Assembly (NCBI GenBank): GCA_003220475.1 | Contig: QHSO01000001.1 | Span: 4,346-68,345, forward strand | Length of the DNA stretch: 64,000 bases | Direction: 5' to 3' | Source: Candidatus Rokuibacteriota bacterium | Lineage (GTDB): Bacteria > Methylomirabilota > Methylomirabilia > Rokubacteriales > CSP1-6 | Shown: piece after piece, positions 44,636-54,158 of the stretch | Numbering within the stretch: position 1 is the stretch's first letter | Layout of the letters: each line of letters opens with the position of its first letter | Program-made: the position numbers and the translations under genes | The notes under the pieces: model-generated | What the model saw: only the letters and a program-made list of their open reading frames with translations | Told to the model about the DNA's origin: nothing | Database searches by the model: none

Positions 44636-45702
44636 CCCGGCTCCGCTTCGGCACGTTTTTCTTCTTCCAGGCCGCGCCCGGTCAGCGCCACGACGACATC
44701 ATCCGCAACGAGCTGACGCAGGTGGAGTGGTCCGAGGAGCTGGGATTCGACGAGGTCTGGTTCACCGAGCACCACTTCATCGATTACGGCCTCTCCGTCG
44801 ATCCGGCCACGCTCGCCTCGGCGGCGGCGGCGCGCACGCGGCGCGTGCGGATCGGCCTGGCGGCGGCCATTCTGCCCTTCCATCATCCGCTGCGACTCGC
44901 CGAGCAGATGGCGCTCGTGGACATCATCTCCGAAGGTCGTCTCGACGTCGGCGTGGGCCGTGGCAACCGCCCGGCAGAATTCGCGGGCTACCGCGTGCCC
45001 CAGCAGGAGAGCCGCGAGCGCTTCGACGAGACCGTCGACGTCGTGCAGCGCGCGTGGACCGAGGAGCGCTTCTCGTATCGCGGACGGTTCTTCACCTTCG
45101 ACGACGTGCGGGTGATTCCCAAGCCTGTGCAGCGCCCGCACCCGCCGCTCTATCAGGTCTGTGTGACCAAGGACGGCATCGAGAACACCGCGCTGCGCGG
45201 GTGGCCGATGCTGAACTCCGTGCTGTTCGGACCGGTCGATCAGCTGCTGACCAACCGCGACACGTACGTGAACACGCTGGAGAAGGCGGGCCGCACGCCG
45301 CCGGAGATCGCCGCGCTGCTCGCGCGCTGGGGCGTGTCGCGGCAGATCTACGTGGCCGACACCGACGCGCGCGCGCTGGAAGAGGCCAAGGCGGCCGAGC
45401 TCTGGTACCAGGAGTCGTTCCGGCGCTTCGTGATTCCCGAGCGCATCGAGGACGCGCACCCGACGCTGCAGCCCGGCTTTCGCGCGATGGCCGATCGCCT
45501 CAAGAGCGTGACGTGGGAGGGATTGGTGAGAGAGACGCTGGCGTTCGGCTCGCCGGACACCGTCGCCCGCCACATCGAATCCATGCGCTCGATCGGCGTG
45601 GGCCAGATCCTCTGCTGGATGAATTTCGGCGGCCTCGCGCAGGAGAGGATCCGCCGCTCGATGGAGCTGTTCGCCCGCGAAGTGATGCCGCGCTTTCGGT
45701 AA
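44632..45702 (+). CDS. LLM-class (luciferase-like) flavin-dependent oxidoreductase
   Basis: 356 aa. FDEVWFTEHHF...VGVGRGN. ATGA overlap with the ABC ATPase gene. Confidence 0.8.
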   Translation: MTRLRFGTFFFFQAAPGQRHDDIIRNELTQVEWSEELGFDEVWFTEHHFIDYGLSVDPATLASAAAARTRRVRIGLAAAILPFHHPLRLAEQMALVDIISEGRLDVGVGRGNRPAEFAGYRVPQQESRERFDETVDVVQRAWTEERFSYRGRFFTFDDVRVIPKPVQRPHPPLYQVCVTKDGIENTALRGWPMLNSVLFGPVDQLLTNRDTYVNTLEKAGRTPPEIAALLARWGVSRQIYVADTDARALEEAKAAELWYQESFRRFVIPERIEDAHPTLQPGFRAMADRLKSVTWEGLVRETLAFGSPDTVARHIESMRSIGVGQILCWMNFGGLAQERIRRSMELFAREVMPRFR

Positions 45703-45799
45703 ACATGGGGGGCCCCGACATGGCCCCCGATGCCTTTTAAGGGAAGGGGCTACGCCCCCTCGGTCTCCCCGGCAACGTTCGGGGTGCCGCGGCGGAGCC

Positions 45800-47047
45800 G
45801 TGGCACCCCTCGATATACTCGGAGCCACCATGATCCGTGCCGTCGCCGTCGTCGTCCTGGTTTTGCTCTTGCTCACGAGTCACGCCGGTGGCGCCGACTC
45901 GATCCGCGTCGGCTATCTCGGGCCACTCACCGGCATCTTCGCCGCGGCGGGCAAGGACATGCTGGATGGGCTGAAGATGGCCTTCGAGCAGATGAACTAC
46001 GAGGTCGCCGGGCGCAAGATCGAGCTGATCGAGGAAGACGACGAGGGCAATCCCGCCACCGCGCAGGCGAAGTACCGCAAGCTGGTCGCGCAGGATCACA
46101 TTCATGTGCTGACGGGCGTGCTGCTGAGCAACATCGGGTATGCGCTCGTTCCCAACATCGAGCGAGACCGGCTGCCGTCCCTGTATCTCACCACGCCGGA
46201 CGAGCTCACCAAGCGCCGGCCCGCGAAATATCTGTTGCGCTCCAACTTCGCGGCGAGCCAACCCATGCACGCGCTCGGCGACTACGCGGCCAAGACGCTC
46301 AAGTACCGGCGCGTCGCGGCCATCGCGATGGACAACAACTTCGGCCATGAGGGCATCGGCGGCTTCCAGCGCGTGTTCGAGGACGCGGGCGGGCGCGTCG
46401 TGCAGAGGACGTGGGTGCCGCTGAACGCGATGGACTTCGCGCCGTATCTCACGCAGGTGCCGCGCGACGTGGACGCCGTCGTGCAGGTGTTCGTCGCCGG
46501 TCAGGCGGTGCGATTCGCCAAGCAATACGGCGAAGCCCTCGGCGGGCGGGTGCCGCTGATCGGTACCGGCGTGTTCACCGATCAGTCGGCGCTCTCCGGC
46601 ATGGGCGACGAGGTCCTCGGTCACATCGGGACGATGATCTGGGCGCCGACGCTCGACAACGCGGCCAATCGCACGTTCATGAAGATCGCCGAGGCCAAGC
46701 TGAAGCGCATGCCATCGTACTTCCACGCCGTGATGTACAGCTCGGGGCGCTGGATCGTCGAGGCGGCGCGTTCGCTTCAGGGCAACGTGGAGGATCGCGA
46801 CCGCTTCCTGGCCGCCCTACGCCGGGCGAGCGAGACCACCGAGGACCCGCGCGGGCCGATCAAGCTCGACGAGTACGGCAACCCGACGGAGAACGTCTAC
46901 ATCGTCCGCGTCGACAAGGTCGCCGGGCGACTGCAGAACACCGTCATCCACACCTACCCGATGGTGTCGCAGTTCTGGACCTACAAGCCGGACGAATTCT
47001 TGAAAACACCGCCGTACGATCGCGCGTACCCGCCCGTCAAGCCGTGA
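45800..47047 (+). CDS. ABC transporter substrate-binding protein, LivK/Peripla_BP_6 family (orphan copy)
   Basis: Signal peptide then IRVGYLGPLTGIFAAAGKDMLDG. Confidence 0.8.
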   Translation: MAPLDILGATMIRAVAVVVLVLLLLTSHAGGADSIRVGYLGPLTGIFAAAGKDMLDGLKMAFEQMNYEVAGRKIELIEEDDEGNPATAQAKYRKLVAQDHIHVLTGVLLSNIGYALVPNIERDRLPSLYLTTPDELTKRRPAKYLLRSNFAASQPMHALGDYAAKTLKYRRVAAIAMDNNFGHEGIGGFQRVFEDAGGRVVQRTWVPLNAMDFAPYLTQVPRDVDAVVQVFVAGQAVRFAKQYGEALGGRVPLIGTGVFTDQSALSGMGDEVLGHIGTMIWAPTLDNAANRTFMKIAEAKLKRMPSYFHAVMYSSGRWIVEAARSLQGNVEDRDRFLAALRRASETTEDPRGPIKLDEYGNPTENVYIVRVDKVAGRLQNTVIHTYPMVSQFWTYKPDEFLKTPPYDRAYPPVKP

Positions 47048-47048
47048 G

Positions 47049-47927
47049 GTGAGCGCGCCGCGGTTCGGTTTTTTCTTCTGGCCGTGGTCACCGGAGTACA
47101 CGGCGCGCATGGCCGGGCTGGCCGAGCGCGACGGCTGGGATCTCGGCGCCGCGGCGGCCGTGGACGCCGTGGCCGGCGGCCGTGTGCGACTCGGCATCGG
47201 CCGCGGCCACAGCGGCGTGGCCAACCTCGGCGCCGCCGCGTCCGCCGGTCCCGCGTTCCGCGACGGCCTCGTGTTCACGCGCGCGCTGCTCGCCGGCGAG
47301 CGCGCGTCGTTGAACGGCACGTCCGCGGTGCAGCTGCCGTCGGGCCGCCGCCGTGTTCCCGTGTATGCCGCCGCGTCGGGACCGGGCGCGCTGCACATCG
47401 CCGGCGCCGTCGCCGACGGCGCCTTCGTGAACTATGGCCTGCAGCGCGAACACGTCGCTCACGCGCTCACGCGGCTCGCGGAGGGCGCGGCGCAGGCCGG
47501 CCGCGACGCGGCGGAGGTCGACACGTGGTGGATCGCGTGTCTCGACTGCGCGCCGACGCGCGAGGCCGCGTACGCCACGCTCGGCAACATCCTCGGCTTC
47601 GTCGGCGCCTACATCCTCGGGCCCGCGCCGGCCGCGCGCGGCGTGCCCGCGGACCTCGTTCCCGCCGTGCACGAGCTGCGCGCGACGTACACGACCCGAC
47701 GCGCGGAGATGGACGCCGGCCTCGTGCGCAGACTCGGGCTCTTCGATCACCTCCGTCGGCGCCTGGCCATCGCCGGCACGCCGGACGACTGCGTGGAGCA
47801 GACGCGCGCCGCGCTCGCGGCGGGCGCCACGCGGCTGATGTTCACGGTGAGTCTCGCCGCCGACCCCGTGCGGACGGTCGAGCTCTTCGGCGCCGAGGTG
47901 CTACCGGCGGTGCGGCGCGGTCGCTGA
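47049..47927 (+). CDS. LLM-class oxidoreductase-like protein, apparently N-terminally truncated/degenerate
   Basis: MSAPRFGFFFWPW... then LGIGRGHSG, but several conserved N-terminal beta/alpha segments seem to be missing. Confidence 0.5.
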   Translation: MSAPRFGFFFWPWSPEYTARMAGLAERDGWDLGAAAAVDAVAGGRVRLGIGRGHSGVANLGAAASAGPAFRDGLVFTRALLAGERASLNGTSAVQLPSGRRRVPVYAAASGPGALHIAGAVADGAFVNYGLQREHVAHALTRLAEGAAQAGRDAAEVDTWWIACLDCAPTREAAYATLGNILGFVGAYILGPAPAARGVPADLVPAVHELRATYTTRRAEMDAGLVRRLGLFDHLRRRLAIAGTPDDCVEQTRAALAAGATRLMFTVSLAADPVRTVELFGAEVLPAVRRGR

Positions 47928-47943
47928 GGGTGGTCGCCGCGCC

Positions 47944-48080
47944 TTACCGGCGGGGCGTCGCGGGCGAGGCGGACAGAGCGGGAGTGTAGGGATAGTCGGC
48001 GATCCGCGCCGTCGCGCGAGACGACGCAACCTCGAGCACACCGAGCGCAAGAACCAACAGCATGAGCATGACTGCGTATA
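47944..48080 (-). CDS. candidate small ORF (45 aa, one TM helix)
   Basis: MRLIYAVMLMLLVLALGVLEVASSRATARIADYPYTPALSASPATPRR ending in TAA, inside a lower-GC intergenic stretch. No clear SD. Confidence 0.2.
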
Positions 48081-48188
48081 TCAGTCGCATAGACGTTTGG
48101 ACGCGGTCGGGGCGCGCCGAGATTCCGGAATCGCGCGAATCCGGCGGCGGCTCCCTGACATCCAAAATTGTGAAGGAGACAAACGACG

Positions 48189-48632
48189 ATGACAGCGAAG
48201 CGAATTCTGGTGCCGCTGGACGGCGACGAGGGCAGCGAGGCCATCCTGCCCGTGGTCGCGGCCGTGGCGCGCGACAGTGGGGCAACGGTTCGCCTGCTCC
48301 GCGTCTATCCGGTGCCCGAGCGGCGCGAAGGGCCGCACGGCCGCACGATCGAATACGTGGACCAGGCGATGAGCCGCCTGACCGGCGAGGCGCGCGACGA
48401 GTTCGCCCGTGACGAGGCACGGCTCGCGGACGTGCCCGTCGAGACGGTCGTGCGGTTCGGCGAGCCGGCCGACGAGATCGCGCTGGAGGCGGAGGCGTTC
48501 GGCGCCGACGTGATCGCGCTGGCCGAGCCGCCGCGCGGTCGCCTGCGCGGCCTGATCACCCCCGGTGTGGCGCAGCGCCTGGCGCGAAAGACGAGCGTTC
48601 CGACGCTCGTGCTCTGGCCGTCGGCCGCTTAA
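48189..48632 (+). CDS. universal stress protein (UspA family)
   Basis: 147 aa. ILVPLDGDEGSEAIL...GADVIALAEPPRGRLRGLITPGVAQRLARKTSVPTLVL. AAGGAG SD. Confidence 0.8.
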   Translation: MTAKRILVPLDGDEGSEAILPVVAAVARDSGATVRLLRVYPVPERREGPHGRTIEYVDQAMSRLTGEARDEFARDEARLADVPVETVVRFGEPADEIALEAEAFGADVIALAEPPRGRLRGLITPGVAQRLARKTSVPTLVLWPSAA

Positions 48633-49483
48633 CGCCGCGCGAACGCGGTGACCACGACGGCGAGATCCTCGCCGCCGTGGCCGGCCGTTTGCGCCGCGGC
48701 ATATAAGCGCTCGGCCACGTCGGTCAGGGGCACGGGCGTCTCGAGCGCGCGGGCCGCGTCCTGGATCAGGTGCAGGTCCTTCATGAAGAGGTCGAGCTTC
48801 ATCTGAGCCGGGAAGTCGCGCTTCACGATCAGCGGTCCGCGCACTTGGAGCATCCGTGACGTGGCCGCGCTGGCCTCGAGCAGCTCGAGGGCCTGGGCCG
48901 CGTCGAGTCCCGCGCGCTCCACCATCGCCAGCGCCTCCGCCGCGGCGGCGCTGTGCAGGGCGACGAGCAGGTTGGCGACCAGCTTGAGCACCATCGCCTG
49001 CCCCGCCGCGCCCACGTGCACGGCGCGCGGCAAGATCGTCTCGAACAGCGGCCGCCAGCGCTCGTAGACGGCGTGCTCCCCGCCGACGAAGATGATGCCG
49101 TCGCCGCGTGCGACCATCCCGCTCGTGCCGCTGATCGGACAGTCGAGGAAATCGACGCCGCGCTGGGCGCACTCGCGAGCCAGGCGCTCGGTCAGCGCCG
49201 GAGAGATCGTGCTCATCTGCACCACGGTGCGGCCGCGTGCCGTCGCCGCCAGCGCATGCACCACGTCTTCGACCGCCGACAGCGACGGCAACACGACGCA
49301 GATCGGATCCGCCGCCTCGGCCACCGCCGCGACCGAAGCCGCGGCGCGACCGCCGATGGCCTCCAGTGCGCGATTGCGCTCGGCCACGACGTCATAGCCG
49401 ATCACCTCGCGGCCGGCCGCGCGCAGGCGCCCGGCCACCGCGGAGCCGAGCAGACCAAGACCGACGACGCCGACGCCCGCCAT
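48629..49483 (-). CDS. NAD(P)-dependent 3-hydroxyisobutyrate / tartronate-semialdehyde reductase family dehydrogenase
   Basis: VGVVGLGLLGSAVAGRL Rossmann motif. 284 aa. Confidence 0.8.
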   Translation of the reverse strand: MAGVGVVGLGLLGSAVAGRLRAAGREVIGYDVVAERNRALEAIGGRAAASVAAVAEAADPICVVLPSLSAVEDVVHALAATARGRTVVQMSTISPALTERLARECAQRGVDFLDCPISGTSGMVARGDGIIFVGGEHAVYERWRPLFETILPRAVHVGAAGQAMVLKLVANLLVALHSAAAAEALAMVERAGLDAAQALELLEASAATSRMLQVRGPLIVKRDFPAQMKLDLFMKDLHLIQDAARALETPVPLTDVAERLYAAAQTAGHGGEDLAVVVTAFARR

Positions 49484-50722
49484 TCAGCAGGCCTTACACG
49501 GCGGGTAGTCGCGCGAGTACGCGGGCGCCTTCAGGAACTCGTCCGGTTTGTAGGTCCAGAACTGCGACACGTTCGGAAAGGTATGCACGACCGTGTTCTG
49601 CAGCCGTCCGTTGACCTTGTCGACGCGGCGCACGTACACGTTCTGCACCGGGTTGCCGAAGTCGTCGAGCTTGATCGGCCCGCGGGGCGCATCCGAGAGA
49701 TCCACGCGGCGGAGCGCGCCCAGGAATTTCTCGACGTTCTCGATGTCGCCGCCGGTGGCGTCGAGCGCCGCCTTGAGCGCGATGCCGGCGACGTACGTTC
49801 CCTCGGAATAGTACGAGGGCACCTGCTTGAACTTGGCCTCGTAGGCGGCGACGAACTTCTTGTTGGCCGGCGTCGCGAGCGCCGCCGAGTAGTGCAGCGC
49901 CGTCACCACGCCTAACACCTCGTCGCCCTGCACGCGGAGCACGTGCTCGTCGGTGAACGTGCCGCCGCCGATCAGCGGCAGCTTCTCCTTCAGTCCCGCT
50001 TCCGCGAACTGCTTGCCGAAGCGCAGCGCGTCGGCGCCCGAGAAGACGGCGTAGATCGCGTCGACGTCGCGGCGCAGCTGCGAGAGGTACGGCGCGAAGT
50101 CGCTGGTCCCCAGTGGCGGCCATACCTTCTGCACGACCTGGCCACCCGCCTCCTCGAACGTGCGCTGGAATCCCGCCGCCACCTCCCAGCCGAACGCGAA
50201 GTCGTAGCCGATCATCGCGATCTTCTTGTACTTGAGATTGTCGACGACCCACTTGCCGAACGGATGTGACGGCTGGCTCGACGCCCACCCGGTGCGAACG
50301 AGATAGGGATTGCGCTTGCGCTGGGTGAGATCGTCGGCGGACACGATGGGATAGATCGCCGGGATCTTCTTCGACTCGATGTAGGGCGAGACGGCGTACC
50401 CCACCGCCGCGCTCAGCGGACCGGTCAGCAGGTGCACCCCCTGGCTCTCGACGAGCCCGCGCGCCTTGGTGATGCCGGTGGCCGGCTTGCCCTCGTCGTC
50501 CTCGACGATGAACTTCACCTCGCGCCCGGCGAGCCGATACTTCTGCTCCTCGAAGAAGAGCTCGAAGCCGTTGATCATGTCCTTGCCGTTCGCCGCCAGC
50601 GGACCGGTCTGCGGCACGAGCATCCCGATCTTGATCGGGCCCTTCTGTGCCGACGACGGTGTCGCGACGACGACGCCGCCGGCGAGCGCGGCCACCACCA
50701 CGAGCGCGAGCAGCTTCTGCAT
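49484..50722 (-). CDS. ABC transporter substrate-binding protein, LivK/Peripla_BP_6 family (orphan copy)
   Basis: Signal peptide then IKIGMLVPQTGPLAANGKDMING. Confidence 0.8.
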   Translation of the reverse strand: MQKLLALVVVAALAGGVVVATPSSAQKGPIKIGMLVPQTGPLAANGKDMINGFELFFEEQKYRLAGREVKFIVEDDEGKPATGITKARGLVESQGVHLLTGPLSAAVGYAVSPYIESKKIPAIYPIVSADDLTQRKRNPYLVRTGWASSQPSHPFGKWVVDNLKYKKIAMIGYDFAFGWEVAAGFQRTFEEAGGQVVQKVWPPLGTSDFAPYLSQLRRDVDAIYAVFSGADALRFGKQFAEAGLKEKLPLIGGGTFTDEHVLRVQGDEVLGVVTALHYSAALATPANKKFVAAYEAKFKQVPSYYSEGTYVAGIALKAALDATGGDIENVEKFLGALRRVDLSDAPRGPIKLDDFGNPVQNVYVRRVDKVNGRLQNTVVHTFPNVSQFWTYKPDEFLKAPAYSRDYPPCKAC

Positions 50723-50763
50723 GTCCCCTCCTTGCTCCGACGCGATCCGGACCGTGCGTGCCC

Positions 50764-51390
50764 TCAGGCCGTGAGCGCCCTGAGGATGTCGTCGTTCGTC
50801 AGCGGCCAGCCCACCGCAGCCGCGATGAGTTTCAGCGCGAACCGGTGCATGTCCTCACCGTCCATCGAGTCGACCGCGTCGGACGCCACCACGACACGGA
50901 AATCGCGGTTCGTCGCCTCGAAGGCGGCGCACAGCACGCACGTCGTCGTGTTGATGCCCGCGAGGATGACGGTGTCCGCGCCGAGGCGCCGGCGCAGGAC
51001 GAACTCCAGATCGGTCGGCGTGAAGACGCTGTAGCGCTTCTTGCTGCGCACGACCATGTCCCGCGCGTCCTGCAGCTCGGCGATGATCTCGGTGCCCACG
51101 CTGCCGGCGAGATTGTGGCCCAGGATTCCGCGACGGTCCTTGGCGGGATCCTCGTGGATCGCCTTCCAGAACGGGTTGGCGCCGATCTCGGCCGCGTCGC
51201 GATACTCGGTCACGACGTGCACCACGGGGATGCCGCGGGCTCGCAGATCGGCGAAGAGCGACGCCGCGCGCTTGATCAGTGGACCGCAGCGCTCGGCGGC
51301 CAGCGGCAGGGTGGCCACGACCGGGTCGAGGTGGCCGCGGTGCATGTCGATGGCGACGACGGCGGTGCGCGCGGCATCGAGGGGGATCAT
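50764..51390 (-). CDS. isochorismatase-family cysteine hydrolase
   Basis: AVVAIDMHRGH...VILAGINTTTCV catalytic Cys context. Confidence 0.8.
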   Translation of the reverse strand: MIPLDAARTAVVAIDMHRGHLDPVVATLPLAAERCGPLIKRAASLFADLRARGIPVVHVVTEYRDAAEIGANPFWKAIHEDPAKDRRGILGHNLAGSVGTEIIAELQDARDMVVRSKKRYSVFTPTDLEFVLRRRLGADTVILAGINTTTCVLCAAFEATNRDFRVVVASDAVDSMDGEDMHRFALKLIAAAVGWPLTNDDILRALTA

Positions 51391-51424
51391 CGGCAGGAAA
51401 GCGTAGTGCCCGTCTTCGGGCGGG

Positions 51425-52006
51425 TCAAGCCGCGTCGCCGCGCTTGATCACGCCGGTCTCGTAGAGCGCCGCCGCCCGCTGGATGAGGCTCGCGACGACC
51501 TGGCCGTAGAACTGCGCCATCGACTCGCCGCCGCCGGCGCTCACCGCAAACGTGCCGCGAGCATCCCGGCCCACGTACTCGCGCGTGAAGTTGCGATCGA
51601 GCAGCGGCTTGACCCACGGGTAGGTCTCTTCGGTCAGCTCGACCACCGTCGCGCCCTTGACCTTTCCGTCCGGCCCGAGGGCGACCGCCACACGCACGGG
51701 TCCGTGGATCGTGAATTCGGTGAGGAACACGGTGGCCGCCACGACGCGGCCCTGGTCGTCGCGGCCGATGTAGAAGCGGTAGAAGTCGTCCTCCGGGGTC
51801 CAGCCTGTCTGCTGCCGGATCGCCTGCTTCTCGGCGGCGGTCAGCCGCACCTCGCGCACGAAGAAGCGGCGCGCGCCCGCGAGGAGACTCACCACCGCGT
51901 CGCGATCCGAGACGAGCACGACCGGCGGCGTGATGTGGGCCCGCGCGGGCGCGACGAGGCAGAGCGAGACGAGCGCGGCCGCGAGCAGGCGGCACGGAAT
52001 CTTCAT
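51425..52006 (-). CDS. hypothetical secreted/periplasmic protein
   Basis: 193 aa tail of track ORF 51425..52549. Sec signal peptide MKIPCRLLAAALVSLCLVAPARA. AAGGAG SD. ATGA overlap with the upstream gene. Confidence 0.5.
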   Translation of the reverse strand: MKIPCRLLAAALVSLCLVAPARAHITPPVVLVSDRDAVVSLLAGARRFFVREVRLTAAEKQAIRQQTGWTPEDDFYRFYIGRDDQGRVVAATVFLTEFTIHGPVRVAVALGPDGKVKGATVVELTEETYPWVKPLLDRNFTREYVGRDARGTFAVSAGGGESMAQFYGQVVASLIQRAAALYETGVIKRGDAA

Positions 52007-52560
52007 GCGAGCCTCTCCTTCCGGAGCCAGAGATCGTAGAGCGCAATGACGGTGATCAGCGCGTAGCCGAGCGCGAACAGCGTGCCGCCGGCGATGACGA
52101 GCACGCTGAGCGACGGCGACACGAACCGCGTGAGCCACATGCCGCCGATGTCGAGCAGCGTGCCGACGAACGGCAGCGCGACGATCAGCGTCTTGATCGA
52201 CTCGCGCACCGAGGCGAACAGAAAGATCAGTCCGAGCAGGCCGGCGATCAGCGTCTGCCCGAACAGGTGCGTGTGGCTGGTCTGGATGAGCAGCGGCGTC
52301 CGGATCCAGACCTTGGCCGCGCTGGAGATCTCGCCGAGCGTGATCTCCTTCTCCCCGCTCATCTGGCCGTGATGCATCTGCATCTGCGTCATCGGCATCT
52401 CGCGAGCCAGACTCGCCTCCACCGCCGTCGGCGAGAGTCCGACGGCGGTGGAGGCCTGCACGAAGGCGGCGAGCGCCCCGCAGCCGATACCGACGAGGAA
52501 CAGCGTGCAGAACACCTTGGCGCTGAGCGGAAGCCTCGACAGCTGCCATCCGTTCATCAT
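52003..52560 (-). CDS. hypothetical 4-TM membrane protein with Met/His-rich loop (MPMTQMQMHHGQM)
   Basis: M108 of track ORF 52003..52881. AGGAG SD. Starts 8 nt after the porin stop. Confidence 0.5.
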   Translation of the reverse strand: MMNGWQLSRLPLSAKVFCTLFLVGIGCGALAAFVQASTAVGLSPTAVEASLAREMPMTQMQMHHGQMSGEKEITLGEISSAAKVWIRTPLLIQTSHTHLFGQTLIAGLLGLIFLFASVRESIKTLIVALPFVGTLLDIGGMWLTRFVSPSLSVLVIAGGTLFALGYALITVIALYDLWLRKERLA

Positions 52561-52568
52561 CACGGCTC

Positions 52569-54038
52569 CTAGTAGTTCACCACGAACTGCACCGTCACCT
52601 GGTGCGCGGTCTCGTCCGCGCTGGTGATCGGGACGCCGGCTTTGGCCGATGAGAACACCGGCTCGTTCGAGTGGTTGAGACGGTATTCGAGCCGCACGTC
52701 CACCCAGTCGACCGGATGCCGTGTGCGCGCATACGCGACGCCGAGCGGCCGAAGATCGGGGATCAAGCGCGAGAGGTGCACGATCGGCGCGATGGTGAAG
52801 GACTGCAGAATCTGGGCGACGCCGGTTCGCGCCCCGTCGAAATCGTTGAAGAGCCCGTACCGGAACGACAGCCCGAGCCACGGCATGATGTCGTAGTGCG
52901 CGAGCGCATAGAGCCCGAGCCAGTTCACGTCACGATCGCGCGCGGCCGCAGCCGGGAATGGCAGGCCGCGGCGCCTGAAGGACACGCCGGACTCGCCGCC
53001 ATAGACGACCTCGGCCGCGAACAGCAGCCGTGCCATCGGTGACCACGTCAGGTCGGCGTCGATGATCCAGCGCTCGTGCTTGCCGTCGTCGTCGCGCTCG
53101 GGTCCCCACCAGCCGCCGATTCCGAAGTTCAGCAGCTGCGCGCCCTGCAGCGGCGTGAACCCGATCCGGGCGCCGAAGCTCTTGTCGCGGTTGTTGTCCT
53201 CGAGCGGATCTTCCGTCGTCTCGTTCTCCCATCGGTTGACGATCCAGGCCATCGCGTCGAGCCACGGCGCGAACTGGTACGCGGCCGTGATGCCCGTCAT
53301 GCTCTGCGGGCGCCCGAACCGCTGGAGCTCCGAGGTCGTTGCCGTCAGGTTGAGCGCCGCGTCGTGGCGCTCGTACCCGAACGGCGTGTCGAAGCGCCCG
53401 AATGACAGCGCCAGGCCGTTGCCGATCGGCGCGATGCCGGTGATGTTGAAGCGGTGCAGGCTCACCTCGGTTTCGATCTCTTCGGTTCCCAACTGCTCCG
53501 TGCAGAGGCCACCGCCTGGACACCCGAAGTCGGGATCGAAGCCATGACTGTGACGTTGGCCGTGCCGCTCGACCTCGAGGCTCGCGCCTGCCGACAGCCA
53601 CGGCGCGAAGGTCTTGAACGCCCCGATGGAGAACTGGTCGAAGCGAAAGTCGGTGCGGCGCGGCTCCGAGGACACGGGAATGCTTCCGGCGAACTCCGGC
53701 ACCATCTGGATGTGCGAGTTGTAGTTGGCCGAGCCGACGAAGAAGCCGGAGATCCGAACGCCGCCGATCTCGGGCTTCGGCAAGCCGAGCACCTCGAGCG
53801 GATGCTCGCGCTCGAGGAGGATCTCGCGCTCGCCCGGTCGCTGGACCAGCACCGGCGCGGGGGTCGGCGCGGCCGGCTGTTGCTGCTGCTCGAGCTTCTG
53901 CAGCCGCTCCTGCATTCGCCGCAGCTCCTGCTTCAGCTGCTCGATCTCCGAGGGCCCCGTCTGGGCAAAGGCCGACGATGCGGCCAGAGCAATCACACTG
54001 ACCGCGATGACGACCGCGGCACGGATAGATCTCCGCAT
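52569..54038 (-). CDS. outer-membrane beta-barrel porin-like protein
   Basis: Signal peptide, coiled-coil segment (EIEQLKQELRRMQERLQKLEQQQQ), alternating beta-strand pattern, and C-terminal ...VQFVVNY aromatic terminus. Confidence 0.6.
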   Translation of the reverse strand: MRRSIRAAVVIAVSVIALAASSAFAQTGPSEIEQLKQELRRMQERLQKLEQQQQPAAPTPAPVLVQRPGEREILLEREHPLEVLGLPKPEIGGVRISGFFVGSANYNSHIQMVPEFAGSIPVSSEPRRTDFRFDQFSIGAFKTFAPWLSAGASLEVERHGQRHSHGFDPDFGCPGGGLCTEQLGTEEIETEVSLHRFNITGIAPIGNGLALSFGRFDTPFGYERHDAALNLTATTSELQRFGRPQSMTGITAAYQFAPWLDAMAWIVNRWENETTEDPLEDNNRDKSFGARIGFTPLQGAQLLNFGIGGWWGPERDDDGKHERWIIDADLTWSPMARLLFAAEVVYGGESGVSFRRRGLPFPAAAARDRDVNWLGLYALAHYDIMPWLGLSFRYGLFNDFDGARTGVAQILQSFTIAPIVHLSRLIPDLRPLGVAYARTRHPVDWVDVRLEYRLNHSNEPVFSSAKAGVPITSADETAHQVTVQFVVNY

Positions 54039-54158
54039 ACTCGCCTCCCGTCAGTACGTACACGTAGGGTTCGTGCCGTCACGTCCGCTCGGAGCGTCAT
54101 GGCGCGCGCAGACACGCGCAGCGGCGAGAGCGGATGACGGCGTGAACGACGCGAGGGG

